From Clostridia bacterium (GTDB taxonomy: Bacteria; Bacillota; Peptococcia; Peptococcales; SKKY01): a stretch of DNA of 48,510 nt. The notes beneath the pieces are model-generated. The model made no database searches. It worked only from the letters and a program-made list of their open reading frames with translations, and was not told the DNA's origin. The translations under genes and the position numbers were made by a program. Location of the stretch: contig SKKY01000038.1 of NCBI GenBank assembly GCA_007123515.1, positions 1-48,510 of the forward strand. Direction: 5' to 3'. Shown one piece after another: positions 16,919 through 26,536 of this stretch. Numbering within the stretch: the first letter of the stretch is position 1; each line of letters starts with the position of its first letter.

Positions 16919-18784
16919 CTATTCAATAACGGCGAGAATGTCACCGCTTTTTACAGCATCGCCTTCTGATACATTAATTTTAGTAATGGTTCCGTCTTTT
17001 TTTGCGGTTACTTCATTTTCCATTTTCATCGACTCTACAATAAACATAACCTCGCCCTTACTGATCACATTTCCAACTTTACGGAAGACCTTCGTGATTT
17101 TTCCGGGAAGTGATGTGGTTACCCCATCTTCAGCCGATACTGCAGAAGAAGAGACTGCACCAGATGTCGGGAAAATTCTTTTCTGAACCGGCTGCGGTCT
17201 GGTTGTGCCAACCGGAACAAATCTCTTTTCCGAACGGTCACTAAAGGTTAAATCAAGATTATTCCCGTCAACCACATTAACATTTAAGTTAGCCACATTG
17301 GCATTAAAGTTTATAACAATATTATTTCCGGTTTCTTTTGATACAGGAATCTGCTGTGAGTCCGTCTCTGATGCTTCTGCCTGAGCCGGTGAGGTTTTAG
17401 GCTCTTCTTTTTTTGGTTCCTCACAAACATTCAGATCTTCACAAACGATCTTACCTTCAAGAAAATCTTTAGCTACCGCAGGGAACATAATGTACATTAA
17501 CAGTTCTTCCTGATTTTTGGCCAGGTCGCCGATTTCTTTTTTTGCGGCTTCCATTTCCGGCTTAATAAAATCAGCCGGTCTGCCTGTAATGACTTTTTCA
17601 TCACCGATAATCGATTTTCTAAAAGCCTCATCAATCTTTCCGGCCGGCTTACCGTATTGCCCTTTTAAGTAAGCTTTTACTTCATTCGTTACCATTTTGT
17701 ATCTCTCGCCGGCCAGTACGTTTAAGACCGCCTGAGAACCAACAATTTGGCTTGACGGTGTTACCAGTGGCGGCTCACCTAAGTCAGTACGAACCCTTGG
17801 GACTTCTTTTAGAACCTCAGGAAGCTTATCTGCTGCATCCTGTTCTTTTAACTGTGTAATGAAGTTAGAGAGCATGCCTCCGGGAATCTGATAACGCAGT
17901 ACGTTAACATCAACCGCTTCACAGTATACATCGTACTTCTTGTATTTTGCACGCAACTCTTTAAAATAGTCAGCCAGCGTGGAGACTTCATCTAAATCGA
18001 TACCTGTATCAGCACCGGCATCATTTAAAATAGCGACCATGGTTTCTGTGGCCGGTTGACTGGTACCTAATGCCAGCGCAGAGTTGGCACAGTCGATCAC
18101 ATCAGCACCGGCTTCAATCGCCTTCAGGTACATCATCCCTCCCATACCACTGGTATAGTGTGTATGCATCTGTACCGGAAGACCTACTTTGTCCTTTAAT
18201 GCACTAACAAGGTCATAAGCAAAGTACGGTGTCATGATTCCGGCCATATCCTTAATACAAATAGAATCCGCGCCCATCTCTTTTACTTTTTTACCGATAT
18301 CGGTATAGTATTTCAAAGTATAAGCCGCGCCGGTCGTATAGCTGATCGCCACCTGTGCATGTTTGCCATGCTTTTTTACTTCTTCTATCGATTTTTTAAC
18401 ATTTCGGATATCGTTCAACGCATCGAAAATTCTGAAAATGTCGATCCCGTTTTTAGCAGACTCAGCAATAAAGGCTTCTACTACATCATCAGCATAATGC
18501 TTGTAGCCGACCAAATTCTGACCACGCAAAAGCATTTGCAGTTTTGTATTTTTAAACGCTTTTCTAAGCGTCCGTAATCTTTCCCAGGGATTTTCATTTA
18601 AAAAGCGCATTGACGTATCAAAGGTAGCTCCACCCCACACCTCAAGGGAATAAAAACCCATCTGATCCATTTTCTCCGCAATTGGTAACATGTCCTCTGT
18701 TCGCATTCTAGTTGCCAGTAAGGACTGGTGCCCATCACGCAAGGTCGTATCCATGATACCCACTTTCCGGTTTTTTATGCTCAT
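16919..18784 (-). CDS. Biotin-dependent carboxyltransferase plus BCCP (oxaloacetate decarboxylase alpha / pyruvate carboxylase subunit B / transcarboxylase 5S-like)
   Basis: The N-terminal DTTLRDGHQS carboxyltransferase motif is present, and the biotinylation motif ESMKME lies in the last 70 aa. The start is set at the ATG 11 nt after AAGAGG. Confidence 0.85.
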   Translation of the reverse strand: MSIKNRKVGIMDTTLRDGHQSLLATRMRTEDMLPIAEKMDQMGFYSLEVWGGATFDTSMRFLNENPWERLRTLRKAFKNTKLQMLLRGQNLVGYKHYADDVVEAFIAESAKNGIDIFRIFDALNDIRNVKKSIEEVKKHGKHAQVAISYTTGAAYTLKYYTDIGKKVKEMGADSICIKDMAGIMTPYFAYDLVSALKDKVGLPVQMHTHYTSGMGGMMYLKAIEAGADVIDCANSALALGTSQPATETMVAILNDAGADTGIDLDEVSTLADYFKELRAKYKKYDVYCEAVDVNVLRYQIPGGMLSNFITQLKEQDAADKLPEVLKEVPRVRTDLGEPPLVTPSSQIVGSQAVLNVLAGERYKMVTNEVKAYLKGQYGKPAGKIDEAFRKSIIGDEKVITGRPADFIKPEMEAAKKEIGDLAKNQEELLMYIMFPAVAKDFLEGKIVCEDLNVCEEPKKEEPKTSPAQAEASETDSQQIPVSKETGNNIVINFNANVANLNVNVVDGNNLDLTFSDRSEKRFVPVGTTRPQPVQKRIFPTSGAVSSSAVSAEDGVTTSLPGKITKVFRKVGNVISKGEVMFIVESMKMENEVTAKKDGTITKINVSEGDAVKSGDILAVIE

Positions 18785-18840
18785 TATCAAATACACCTCT
18801 TATCATTTTTTGGGCCAGGCCCTTTAGCTTCTGATATTAG

Positions 18841-18869
18841 AGTATACCTTGTATACATGTATACAACAA
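18841..18869 (-). promoter_or_regulatory. Promoter with an 18-bp perfect palindromic operator in the spacer
   Basis: Minus strand: TTGTTG, 17-nt spacer, TATACT. The spacer and -35 edge are occupied by TTGTATACATGTATACAA (18849-18866), which is two abutting TGTATACA octamers. Confidence 0.55.
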
Positions 18870-18876
18870 TACTAAA

Positions 18877-19398
18877 TTACAGTTTCAATAAAAATATTTC
18901 ACCATTTCCGGCAATTTCGTAGGCTGTATCATTTTTTTCAATCAATACCAGCTGATTTTTTTCCATTTTCTGCTGTTGTCCATCAGCTTCGAGTGTAATA
19001 TTTCCGGACAAGAGCCATAAAAAGTCGGTTCCCTTTTTATGATAAAACGATATCGTTTCATTCACTTTTATTTTGCGGGCCATAAAGTTATAAAAACAGG
19101 CATCTCCTGTCAGATAGAACGGAGATGCCGGATTATCTGGCTGCGGCATCGATTTTGATTTTCCCGGTAATGACAATTCAAATACCGTGGTTTCTGTATC
19201 AAAAGCAAAAGCAGCTGCATAAGCTGGCACATACAAAACATCCGGATCACTGGTTAAAAAAAGTATATTTTCCTGCTGATTATTCTCTTTGGCAACAGTC
19301 TCCCCAGAAGCATATGTTTTTTTCTGTAAATGATAGGACCGATGACTCTGATTATCACCAAGAACCCTGAAGAGCTTTTCTTTGTTCATGGTTATCAC
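18877..19398 (-). CDS. Hypothetical protein (possibly cupin-like beta fold)
   Basis: 173-aa ORF packed tightly between mbl and the operator. I recognise no family motif. Confidence 0.5.
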   Translation of the reverse strand: MITMNKEKLFRVLGDNQSHRSYHLQKKTYASGETVAKENNQQENILFLTSDPDVLYVPAYAAAFAFDTETTVFELSLPGKSKSMPQPDNPASPFYLTGDACFYNFMARKIKVNETISFYHKKGTDFLWLLSGNITLEADGQQQKMEKNQLVLIEKNDTAYEIAGNGEIFLLKL

Positions 19399-19427
19399 CC
19401 TTTTTCAAATCAGTCTGCTGATTCATT

Positions 19428-20453
19428 TTAGCTTTGTGGTTTGTTGTTATAAGCGATTTTATCAATGTTTTCTAAGGCAAATCCTGTACCAATCGCTACA
19501 CAGGAGATGGCATCTTCCGGAATATAAACATGCAATCCGGTTCTTTCAGAAATCAGAATGTCTAATCCGTGGATCAGCGCTCCGCCTCCGGTTAAGATAA
19601 CCCCTTTGTTAATAATATCCCCGGCTAATTCCGGCGGAGTTTTTTCCAGTACATCTTTAGTCACGGCAATAATGGCCTCAAGAGGCTCCATAATCGCCTC
19701 ATGAACTTCTTCGATGGTTAAGCTGATGGTTCTTGGCAATCCCGTAACCAGGTCACGACCGCGCACTTCTGCCGTTTCGCCCGGACGAAGTGATGGATAT
19801 CCCGACCCGATCATAATTTTAACATCTTCTGCTGATCGTTCTCCGATCAATACATTGTGTTTTCTTCTTACATATTTAATGATCGCTTCATCAAACTTAT
19901 CGCCACCGATTCTAACGGAGTTAGAATACACGACACCGCCCAAAGACAGCACGGCCACATCAGTGGTGCCGCCGCCGATATCAACAACCATCGAACCGCT
20001 TGGCTGTGAAATATCCACACCGGCGCCTAAGGCTGCCGCCACTGGCTCTTCAATCAAAAAAGCCTGCTTGGCTCCGGCAGACAGTGCCGCCTGCTTAACA
20101 GCACGTTCCTCGACTCCGGTAACGCCCGAAGGAATACAAATCATAATTCTTGGTTTGAAAAATCTATTGGTTTCCAATGCTTTTTTTAAAAAATATTTAA
20201 GCATTTTTTCCGTTATATCATAATCGGCAATTACACCTTCACGCAGCGGTCTGATGGCAATGATGTTGCCCGGTGTTCTTCCGATCATTTGTCTTGCTTC
20301 CTCGCCAACGGCAAGCACTTTATCTGTAAAAGAGTCAATTGCAACTACCGAAGGTTCCTGTAACACTACCCCTTTGCCTTTTACATAAACCAAAACGGTG
20401 GCAGTACCAAGATCTATACCAATGTCTTCTCCCATTTTTACCAAGTTTCTCAC
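19428..20453 (-). CDS. mbl: Rod-shape-determining actin homologue MreB/Mbl
   Basis: DIGIDLGTA phosphate-1 motif, DIGGGTTD phosphate-2 motif and GGGALI adenosine motif. The exact start is uncertain (GTG at 20453 or ATG at 20435). Confidence 0.9.
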   Translation of the reverse strand: MRNLVKMGEDIGIDLGTATVLVYVKGKGVVLQEPSVVAIDSFTDKVLAVGEEARQMIGRTPGNIIAIRPLREGVIADYDITEKMLKYFLKKALETNRFFKPRIMICIPSGVTGVEERAVKQAALSAGAKQAFLIEEPVAAALGAGVDISQPSGSMVVDIGGGTTDVAVLSLGGVVYSNSVRIGGDKFDEAIIKYVRRKHNVLIGERSAEDVKIMIGSGYPSLRPGETAEVRGRDLVTGLPRTISLTIEEVHEAIMEPLEAIIAVTKDVLEKTPPELAGDIINKGVILTGGGALIHGLDILISERTGLHVYIPEDAISCVAIGTGFALENIDKIAYNNKPQS

Positions 20454-20489
20454 TCCATTCTCTTAATAGTACCTTTTGTTCTTTGACCA

Positions 20490-21746
20490 CTAGACCTCTA
20501 AACGAATATCTGCTCCGAGGCCCTGCAATTTGTCAATAATATTTTCGTATCCCCGGAAAACATGGTAGACATCAAGAACTTCAGTCTTTCCTTCACAAGT
20601 CAGTCCGGCAATAATTAAGGCAGCACCCGCTCTCAGATCCGTTGCTTTGACCTGACAGCCCGATAAGGAGGGTACACCCTCTATGACTGCACTTTTTCCT
20701 TCAATTTTAATAACGGCTCCCATTCTTTTAAGCTCATCAAAATGCATAAAGCGATTTTCAAATACCGTTTCTGTAATAATGCTGGTTCCTTTTGCTAAGC
20801 ACATCAGCACGGAAAACACCGACTGCATATCCGTAGGAAATCCCGGATAAGGCATGGTTTTTATATCCGTGGCCTTAAAGTTTCCGGCGTTTCTGACAAT
20901 CAGACTGCTGTCTAGTTCTTCAATATCCACACCACAGTCACGAAGCTTAGCGATCACAGGCTTAATATGGTGGGATATCACATTTTCAATCACCAGATTC
21001 CCACCAATAACAGCGCCGGCAATCAGATACGTCCCGGCCTCTATGCGATCGGGAATTACCGTATGCTCTGCTCCGTGCAGTTTATCTGTTCCGATAATCT
21101 TAATCACATTGGTTCCGGCACCCTTAACTGAAGCGCCCATTGCATTTAAAAAGTTCGCCAAATCAACAATCTCCGGTTCCTCGGCTGCATTTTCAATCAC
21201 CGTTGTTCCTTCTGCAAGTGTTGCGGCCATCATAATGTTCTCTGTGGCTCCGACACTTGGAAAATCAAGATAGATTTTTCCGCCATGCAATCTTTCCTCG
21301 CTGATGGCACTGACAAAGCCCTGCTCCAGGGATATCTTTGCTCCCAGAGATTCAAAACCCTTCAAATGCAGATCGATCGGTCTTGTTCCGATCGCACAAC
21401 CTCCCGGCATAGCTACCCGGGCCTTATTGAATTTTGCAAGGAGGGGCCCCATAACAAGGACCGAAGCTCTCATTTTATTTATGTTTTCATAGGAAGCTTC
21501 CCAACAATTTACATCTCGGGTATCAATCCTGAAAACGTTATTTTCAAATGTAATTTTTGCACCTAATTCTTTTAGGATATCTTTTAAAATATGAACATCC
21601 GTTAAATCCGGAACATCATAAATTACTGATTCCCCTTCTGCCAGGATAGAAGCAACGATAATAGGCAGCACTGCGTTTTTTGAACCGCTAATTTTTACTT
21701 TACCATTTAAAGGCTTTCCGCCATGTATAATAATTTTTTCCAACAA
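20490..21746 (-). CDS. murA: UDP-N-acetylglucosamine 1-carboxyvinyltransferase
   Basis: 418 aa. GSKNAVLPI and a catalytic Cys loop (PGGCAIGTRPIDLHLKG). TTG start after GGAGAG. Confidence 0.92.
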   Translation of the reverse strand: MLEKIIIHGGKPLNGKVKISGSKNAVLPIIVASILAEGESVIYDVPDLTDVHILKDILKELGAKITFENNVFRIDTRDVNCWEASYENINKMRASVLVMGPLLAKFNKARVAMPGGCAIGTRPIDLHLKGFESLGAKISLEQGFVSAISEERLHGGKIYLDFPSVGATENIMMAATLAEGTTVIENAAEEPEIVDLANFLNAMGASVKGAGTNVIKIIGTDKLHGAEHTVIPDRIEAGTYLIAGAVIGGNLVIENVISHHIKPVIAKLRDCGVDIEELDSSLIVRNAGNFKATDIKTMPYPGFPTDMQSVFSVLMCLAKGTSIITETVFENRFMHFDELKRMGAVIKIEGKSAVIEGVPSLSGCQVKATDLRAGAALIIAGLTCEGKTEVLDVYHVFRGYENIIDKLQGLGADIRLEV

Positions 21747-21893
21747 ATATCTCTCCTAAATAGCCATGTTTATAAACGTACACATTTTTCCATACTCTTA
21801 ATAGTATTCATGATTTATTGACATCCGTCAAGTTAGTTTTTTTTCATTTTCTGTGATAAAATGTGCAAAAACGATCTAAGTGAGGATTACACC

Positions 21894-23447
21894 ATGAGAA
21901 AAATACACATACTATTACTTGTCCCAGTTATTTTTACCCTTTTTTTTCTATTTTTACCTTTGCAAAGCAAAAGCGAGATGCCTGCATCCCATGTTGCACT
22001 GATTCCTCTTGACTCAAGACCCTGTAACACTGATTATATCTTTTATGTATGCGGTGCTATTGGTAAAACCATAACGCTTCCCCATGAAGGACTTGATCAC
22101 TATACGGATCCGTCCAATCCTGAAAAATTATATGAGTTTTTATATGACTCTCTATCAGAAAATGATACATATCTTATTTATACCAACCAATTGCTAAATG
22201 GCGGTCTGATTGCTTCGAGAGATCCGCGTTCCTATGATAATCTGGAAGAGAAGCTTGATGAATTTGAGCTGTTTTTAAAAGAGGCTCGCAGCCAAAACAA
22301 ACAAGTGGCAGTGATAAGCGTTGTCCCCAGAGTGTTGCCCAGTCAGTTTACTGAGTTGTGGAAGTATGCTTCTGAGCTTCTTGCCTTCTCTGCACAGTAC
22401 GGCCAACTATCCTTAGCTGAGGAAACGGTTGCGAAAAACCATGCTCCACCGGAGATTATCCGGGAGTATATGTCCATTTATGAGGGGTCCGATCAGATTG
22501 TGGAACGAATGAAAGCGCTTGTTGAGGAAGAAGCCATCGATCTCTTTATTATCGGTCAGGATGATACGCATCCCGAAAGCATTAATAACCAGTACATTCA
22601 TAAATATCTTGGTTATGATCATCCACAGATTGTTGTTCAGCCCGGTGCTGATGAATTGACAAAATTAGTATTGGCCCGTTTTCTGCGGGAAGAAAGTGAT
22701 CATCATCCACTTAACCTTAACCTGGTATACACCCATCCTGAGGCAAGCGATGCAATAAAAACCTTTGAAGCGTTTTCAACTTCAGAGAGAATGGCTCAGA
22801 TGCTTACGTTTTTATCCCTCACCCCCGATAAGGAATCCGACAACATCACGATAATTCATAACGACCGGGATTTCGGGGAACAAACACTAAAAAATCTGGA
22901 AATACACCGTCAGGCAAAGTATTTGAGTCTGATCGATACAGCCTATATTAACCGGGCAGATGCCAGACTCTTTGAGACTTTCACTTTTATCAACCGGATT
23001 GACGGCTACTCCGGATGGAATACCGTAGGGAATGCCATCGGCACAGAACTAGCTAACTTTGTGATCCATGATTACCTGAACCGGACTCTGGCCACTTACC
23101 CACCGGAGCAGCGGGAAAAAATGCTTGCGAACTACTATATGCTACAGTATATCCATTATGCTGATGATTACCTTTACCAAAGTCAGCTTCGCGATAAACT
23201 GAATCTTTTTCTAAGAGATCAAGGCCAGGATACGACCCGAATTACCGACACTCTTATGGCCAACCGTTACCTTGCTAACCTATTTACACAAAAATCGGAT
23301 GTTATTAACAACAGCTTTCCCGGTGAGTATTATCGGTTCGGGCAAAGTTTTAGAATCCATCAGGTCTCAGGTGATATTTATCTGCCCTGGGAAAGAACCT
23401 TTGAAGCTGCCATTGTTCCGGATCTGTCCGTCGAGCTTATTAATTAA
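21894..23447 (+). CDS. Exported or membrane-anchored DUF4127-like protein
   Basis: The start is set at the ATG after GTGAGGA, giving an N-terminal hydrophobic signal/anchor. Size and the LIPLDSRPCN motif match my recollection of DUF4127. A TG-A-TAAAAT extended -10 lies at about 21849-21857. Confidence 0.6.
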   Translation: MRKIHILLLVPVIFTLFFLFLPLQSKSEMPASHVALIPLDSRPCNTDYIFYVCGAIGKTITLPHEGLDHYTDPSNPEKLYEFLYDSLSENDTYLIYTNQLLNGGLIASRDPRSYDNLEEKLDEFELFLKEARSQNKQVAVISVVPRVLPSQFTELWKYASELLAFSAQYGQLSLAEETVAKNHAPPEIIREYMSIYEGSDQIVERMKALVEEEAIDLFIIGQDDTHPESINNQYIHKYLGYDHPQIVVQPGADELTKLVLARFLREESDHHPLNLNLVYTHPEASDAIKTFEAFSTSERMAQMLTFLSLTPDKESDNITIIHNDRDFGEQTLKNLEIHRQAKYLSLIDTAYINRADARLFETFTFINRIDGYSGWNTVGNAIGTELANFVIHDYLNRTLATYPPEQREKMLANYYMLQYIHYADDYLYQSQLRDKLNLFLRDQGQDTTRITDTLMANRYLANLFTQKSDVINNSFPGEYYRFGQSFRIHQVSGDIYLPWERTFEAAIVPDLSVELIN

Positions 23448-24487
23448 ACAATCGTATCTGAATATGCAAACGGCAGGCTGGCTCTTTGTTTACTTTCTGA
23501 CAAAGAGACAGGCTGCTTCTTTATTTTCTCATATTTACGCTGCAACAACCCTGCATTACAATTAGCGGTAGTTATGAGTATCTCATCACCATAGCATTCT
23601 TTATCAAGCACGGTTACTTTTGGATCGTAGGAAATGGCCAGAAAATCTTTTTCCTGTGAGGCCGCAATGATTAATGCATGCAGTCTCATTCCAATCACAA
23701 TCTCACTGCCGGCAATCAGAGACACCATCTCTTCTTCATTTATTTTTCTGTTGATCAGCTTTTTCGGTTCAACATACTCTTTTAAAAAATCAAGATCCTG
23801 AGGATGATGCATCGCTGCATAACGAACCTGATAGTCTTCTTCGGAAAAAGTACGGCTAAAGGTTTCCACAGCAGCCACGACTTCAGGGTCATGATCCCAT
23901 TGCCGAAGCGCAATTATAATCAGCTTCTTATCCGGATCGATCTCTAATTCCTGCCATAATGCTTCTGTCCCTGATTCCTTTTTTTCCAGAAGAAAGACCG
24001 GATCCGCAGAAAGTACAATCTCTCTTTTTATGCCCATCTCTTTAAGGCAAGTCATGGATTCTTTGTCCCGGACACTAAGATAATCAACTTTAGAAAGCAG
24101 TCTGCGAACAAGATTTCTGTTGCGCTTATGGCTTACCGGGCCAATACCCTGGGATAGAATCATGACTTTTTTGGAAAAGATCTGACCTGAAAAAATAATG
24201 CCCAGATAGTAAAGAATCCCGTTTTTACTGGTGGTGTCCTGAAGAAGGCTGCCCCCTCCGGAAATGAGAATATCTGATCCTGCCACTGCCTTTAGTACTT
24301 GTAGAAGGCTCCAACGATTGACCGCTTTAACCTGATATTTTTTTTCCGTCGTTTCAGGATCAGCCGAAAGGATGGTTAGTTCAACAGGAGCATGCAATTG
24401 TCTAATCTGTCGTATGATTTCCTGTAACACCAATTCATCCCCGATATTATCAAAGCCATAGTAGCCGCTGATGACTATCTTTTTCAT
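23444..24487 (-). CDS. csaB: Polysaccharide pyruvyl transferase CsaB
   Basis: 347 aa. The N-terminal ISGYYGFDNIGDE and the GGGSLLQD motif are typical of CsaB. 4-nt overlap with the upstream membrane protein gene. Confidence 0.8.
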   Translation of the reverse strand: MKKIVISGYYGFDNIGDELVLQEIIRQIRQLHAPVELTILSADPETTEKKYQVKAVNRWSLLQVLKAVAGSDILISGGGSLLQDTTSKNGILYYLGIIFSGQIFSKKVMILSQGIGPVSHKRNRNLVRRLLSKVDYLSVRDKESMTCLKEMGIKREIVLSADPVFLLEKKESGTEALWQELEIDPDKKLIIIALRQWDHDPEVVAAVETFSRTFSEEDYQVRYAAMHHPQDLDFLKEYVEPKKLINRKINEEEMVSLIAGSEIVIGMRLHALIIAASQEKDFLAISYDPKVTVLDKECYGDEILITTANCNAGLLQRKYEKIKKQPVSLSESKQRASLPFAYSDTIV

Positions 24488-26457
24488 AAAGGCTCCTGTT
24501 CATGTCCTGTGATAAAGGACAGGTGTTTTTCGAGATACCGCTTATATATCCGCTCCGCTATTTCCCAGGCAATAATCAGAAAGATACCCAAAATGACACC
24601 GATCACCAGGCCTAAAAGGCTTCTTTGCACGGAGACCATTATTGGTGTATGCAAGTGGGCGTAGGTGTTAATTAATGAAATTTGACCGATAATCGCCGGG
24701 AACAGTAAAGGCCAGCTAAAACGGTTTAAGCCAAGGTATGCCAAAAGCATCAGAAACGGATACCCAATAAAAAACTCTTTGGTTCTCGGGCGAATGCCCA
24801 GCGATTGATTGAGTCCCTGACGGAGTCTATCTTCAATGCCCAGCACCATTCCAGTGCCTTCATTACCGGTACGCAACAGGTAGTAGGCAACAAGGATCAA
24901 ACCTAGGCCTCCAAGTAGGGCTATTTTGTAAGTAATCGCCTTGTTTATTAATTCCCAGATATCTTTTGCACCGTCTTTGTGCCAGAAAAGCAGGAGGAAA
25001 GGAACCAGTCCAAGCGGAATAATGTGTGCGATTTTTACACCGGTAAATTGATCTATTTTTATCAAAAAGGGTGTATAGCTTAGTAACGAAGCCATCATCA
25101 GTGATCCGGTAAAGGTCACTAAAAAAACTCCGGTTGTTGTCTGCAATGCTTTTATGAAACCTTGCTTGTTCCATTCTTTGCGGTACTTAAAAAACAGACT
25201 AAACGCCAGTACCGGGAAAATAAGGGCAAAAAGCAGGGCGATTACCTTGGTGGTAAATAAGAAGCCCTGTGATAAAAGAGCGGTCATAAAAAGACCGGTC
25301 AGAACCGCAGCCAGGTAGCCAAATCGCGGCGTATTTCTGCTAATAAAGAGTAAGCCTGTGGCTGCAGGCAGAGCAAGAAAGATGATCGCATAAGATAACA
25401 ATGACGGTCTTTCCTTTTTAATTACAGAAGCCTGTCCGATTTCAAAGCCTTCTGATTCAATTCTTTCTTTCATATCCTCTATAAATTGGATGTTGGTATC
25501 AACAGCTAGCATTGGGTTATCCATCGCAAACATTTTGAGGTAGACGGCCCGAATATTTCGTTCTTCTACTGCCAAAGAATATCTTTCAATGGCACGGCTA
25601 ACCGTGAAGTTACGCATTTCTCTATCTGAAATAGAATGAACCCTGACCGCTGAATGATCATTTCTCTGGATCATTGTGGAAAGACCCCTCTGCGTGAAAA
25701 ACTCAACGCTGCCAATCGGGTAAGCACGATCCGGATTAATGGCCTCTAGGATTTCGCTGATGGCTCCAGGAAAACCAACCACTTCGCTGTCATTACTCAA
25801 AATGATACTAATATTGTCTATTCTGTTAATTTCATTTTGTAAGAAATCTATCGACTCCGGGGTATAGTCTTTCCATGCTCTGATCTGTGGAATTACCAGC
25901 ATATCAAGTTCATTAAGTATAGCCAGTTGGGTGCGGTTAAAGCCTACGCCTGTATCATCAAGCATTTCCCAGTGTGTGTCATACCTGGGATTGGTTTTAA
26001 CCGGAATTTCATAGTACGTTTTACCACCAGCTTCAATCATCCGGCCTGTATTTTTAGAAAGGAGACTCTCTTCAATCTGAAGGCGATAGTCTTCGTTAAT
26101 CACGTCAATAAAAATGCTGTTTCTGATCAGATCCGGATCGACAACTGAAGAATCGGCGATTTCCATAAAGCTATACCCATTAATAATGGTAATCTCACCG
26201 GTTCGGTCAAGGTCTCCAATGCTTCTTTCTCTGATAAGAGCCGTAGTAATGCCGGCTTGCTTGAGATCGGTAACCATTTCTTTAAAAACGGTTCCTTTGG
26301 CATTAGCCATGGTTTCAATATCCTGAGCGCCAACCACCAGTTCCACCTGGTTGGCCTCACTTTCTATCGCATGTCTGTCTGTTAAAATGATCATCCCAAA
26401 AAATAAACCCACCACAATCAAGGCAGATAATATCATAAATATCTTATTCTTTACCAT
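24484..26457 (-). CDS. Large polytopic membrane protein co-transcribed with csaB (DUF5693-like)
   Basis: 657 aa: N-terminal anchor, about 330-aa extracytoplasmic domain, then about 9-10 TM segments. The family name is from memory and unverified. Confidence 0.55.
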   Translation of the reverse strand: MVKNKIFMILSALIVVGLFFGMIILTDRHAIESEANQVELVVGAQDIETMANAKGTVFKEMVTDLKQAGITTALIRERSIGDLDRTGEITIINGYSFMEIADSSVVDPDLIRNSIFIDVINEDYRLQIEESLLSKNTGRMIEAGGKTYYEIPVKTNPRYDTHWEMLDDTGVGFNRTQLAILNELDMLVIPQIRAWKDYTPESIDFLQNEINRIDNISIILSNDSEVVGFPGAISEILEAINPDRAYPIGSVEFFTQRGLSTMIQRNDHSAVRVHSISDREMRNFTVSRAIERYSLAVEERNIRAVYLKMFAMDNPMLAVDTNIQFIEDMKERIESEGFEIGQASVIKKERPSLLSYAIIFLALPAATGLLFISRNTPRFGYLAAVLTGLFMTALLSQGFLFTTKVIALLFALIFPVLAFSLFFKYRKEWNKQGFIKALQTTTGVFLVTFTGSLMMASLLSYTPFLIKIDQFTGVKIAHIIPLGLVPFLLLFWHKDGAKDIWELINKAITYKIALLGGLGLILVAYYLLRTGNEGTGMVLGIEDRLRQGLNQSLGIRPRTKEFFIGYPFLMLLAYLGLNRFSWPLLFPAIIGQISLINTYAHLHTPIMVSVQRSLLGLVIGVILGIFLIIAWEIAERIYKRYLEKHLSFITGHEQEPL

Positions 26458-26489
26458 CTCTTGTCTCCTTCATTCAATGTAACATGCCT

Positions 26490-26519
26490 ATTATATCAGA
26501 TTGATAAGAATGGTGACAA
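26490..26519 (-). promoter_or_regulatory. Sigma-A promoter of the DUF5693-like/csaB operon
   Basis: Minus strand: TTGTCA, 18-nt spacer, TATAAT, then SD GAAGGAG. Confidence 0.6.
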
Positions 26520-26536
26520 ATAAACAAAAAGTAAAT

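Noticed and set aside
18812-18822. GGGCCAGGCCC palindrome upstream of the carboxyltransferase start, considered as a terminator
   Set aside because: The loop would be a single nucleotide, which cannot fold. On the minus strand it is followed by an A-run, not a U-tract, and it lies inside the 5' UTR.
23272-23565. 97-aa plus-strand ORF spanning the DUF4127/csaB junction
   Set aside because: It is out of frame with the DUF4127 3' end and antisense to the csaB 3' end. It has no SD and no motifs.
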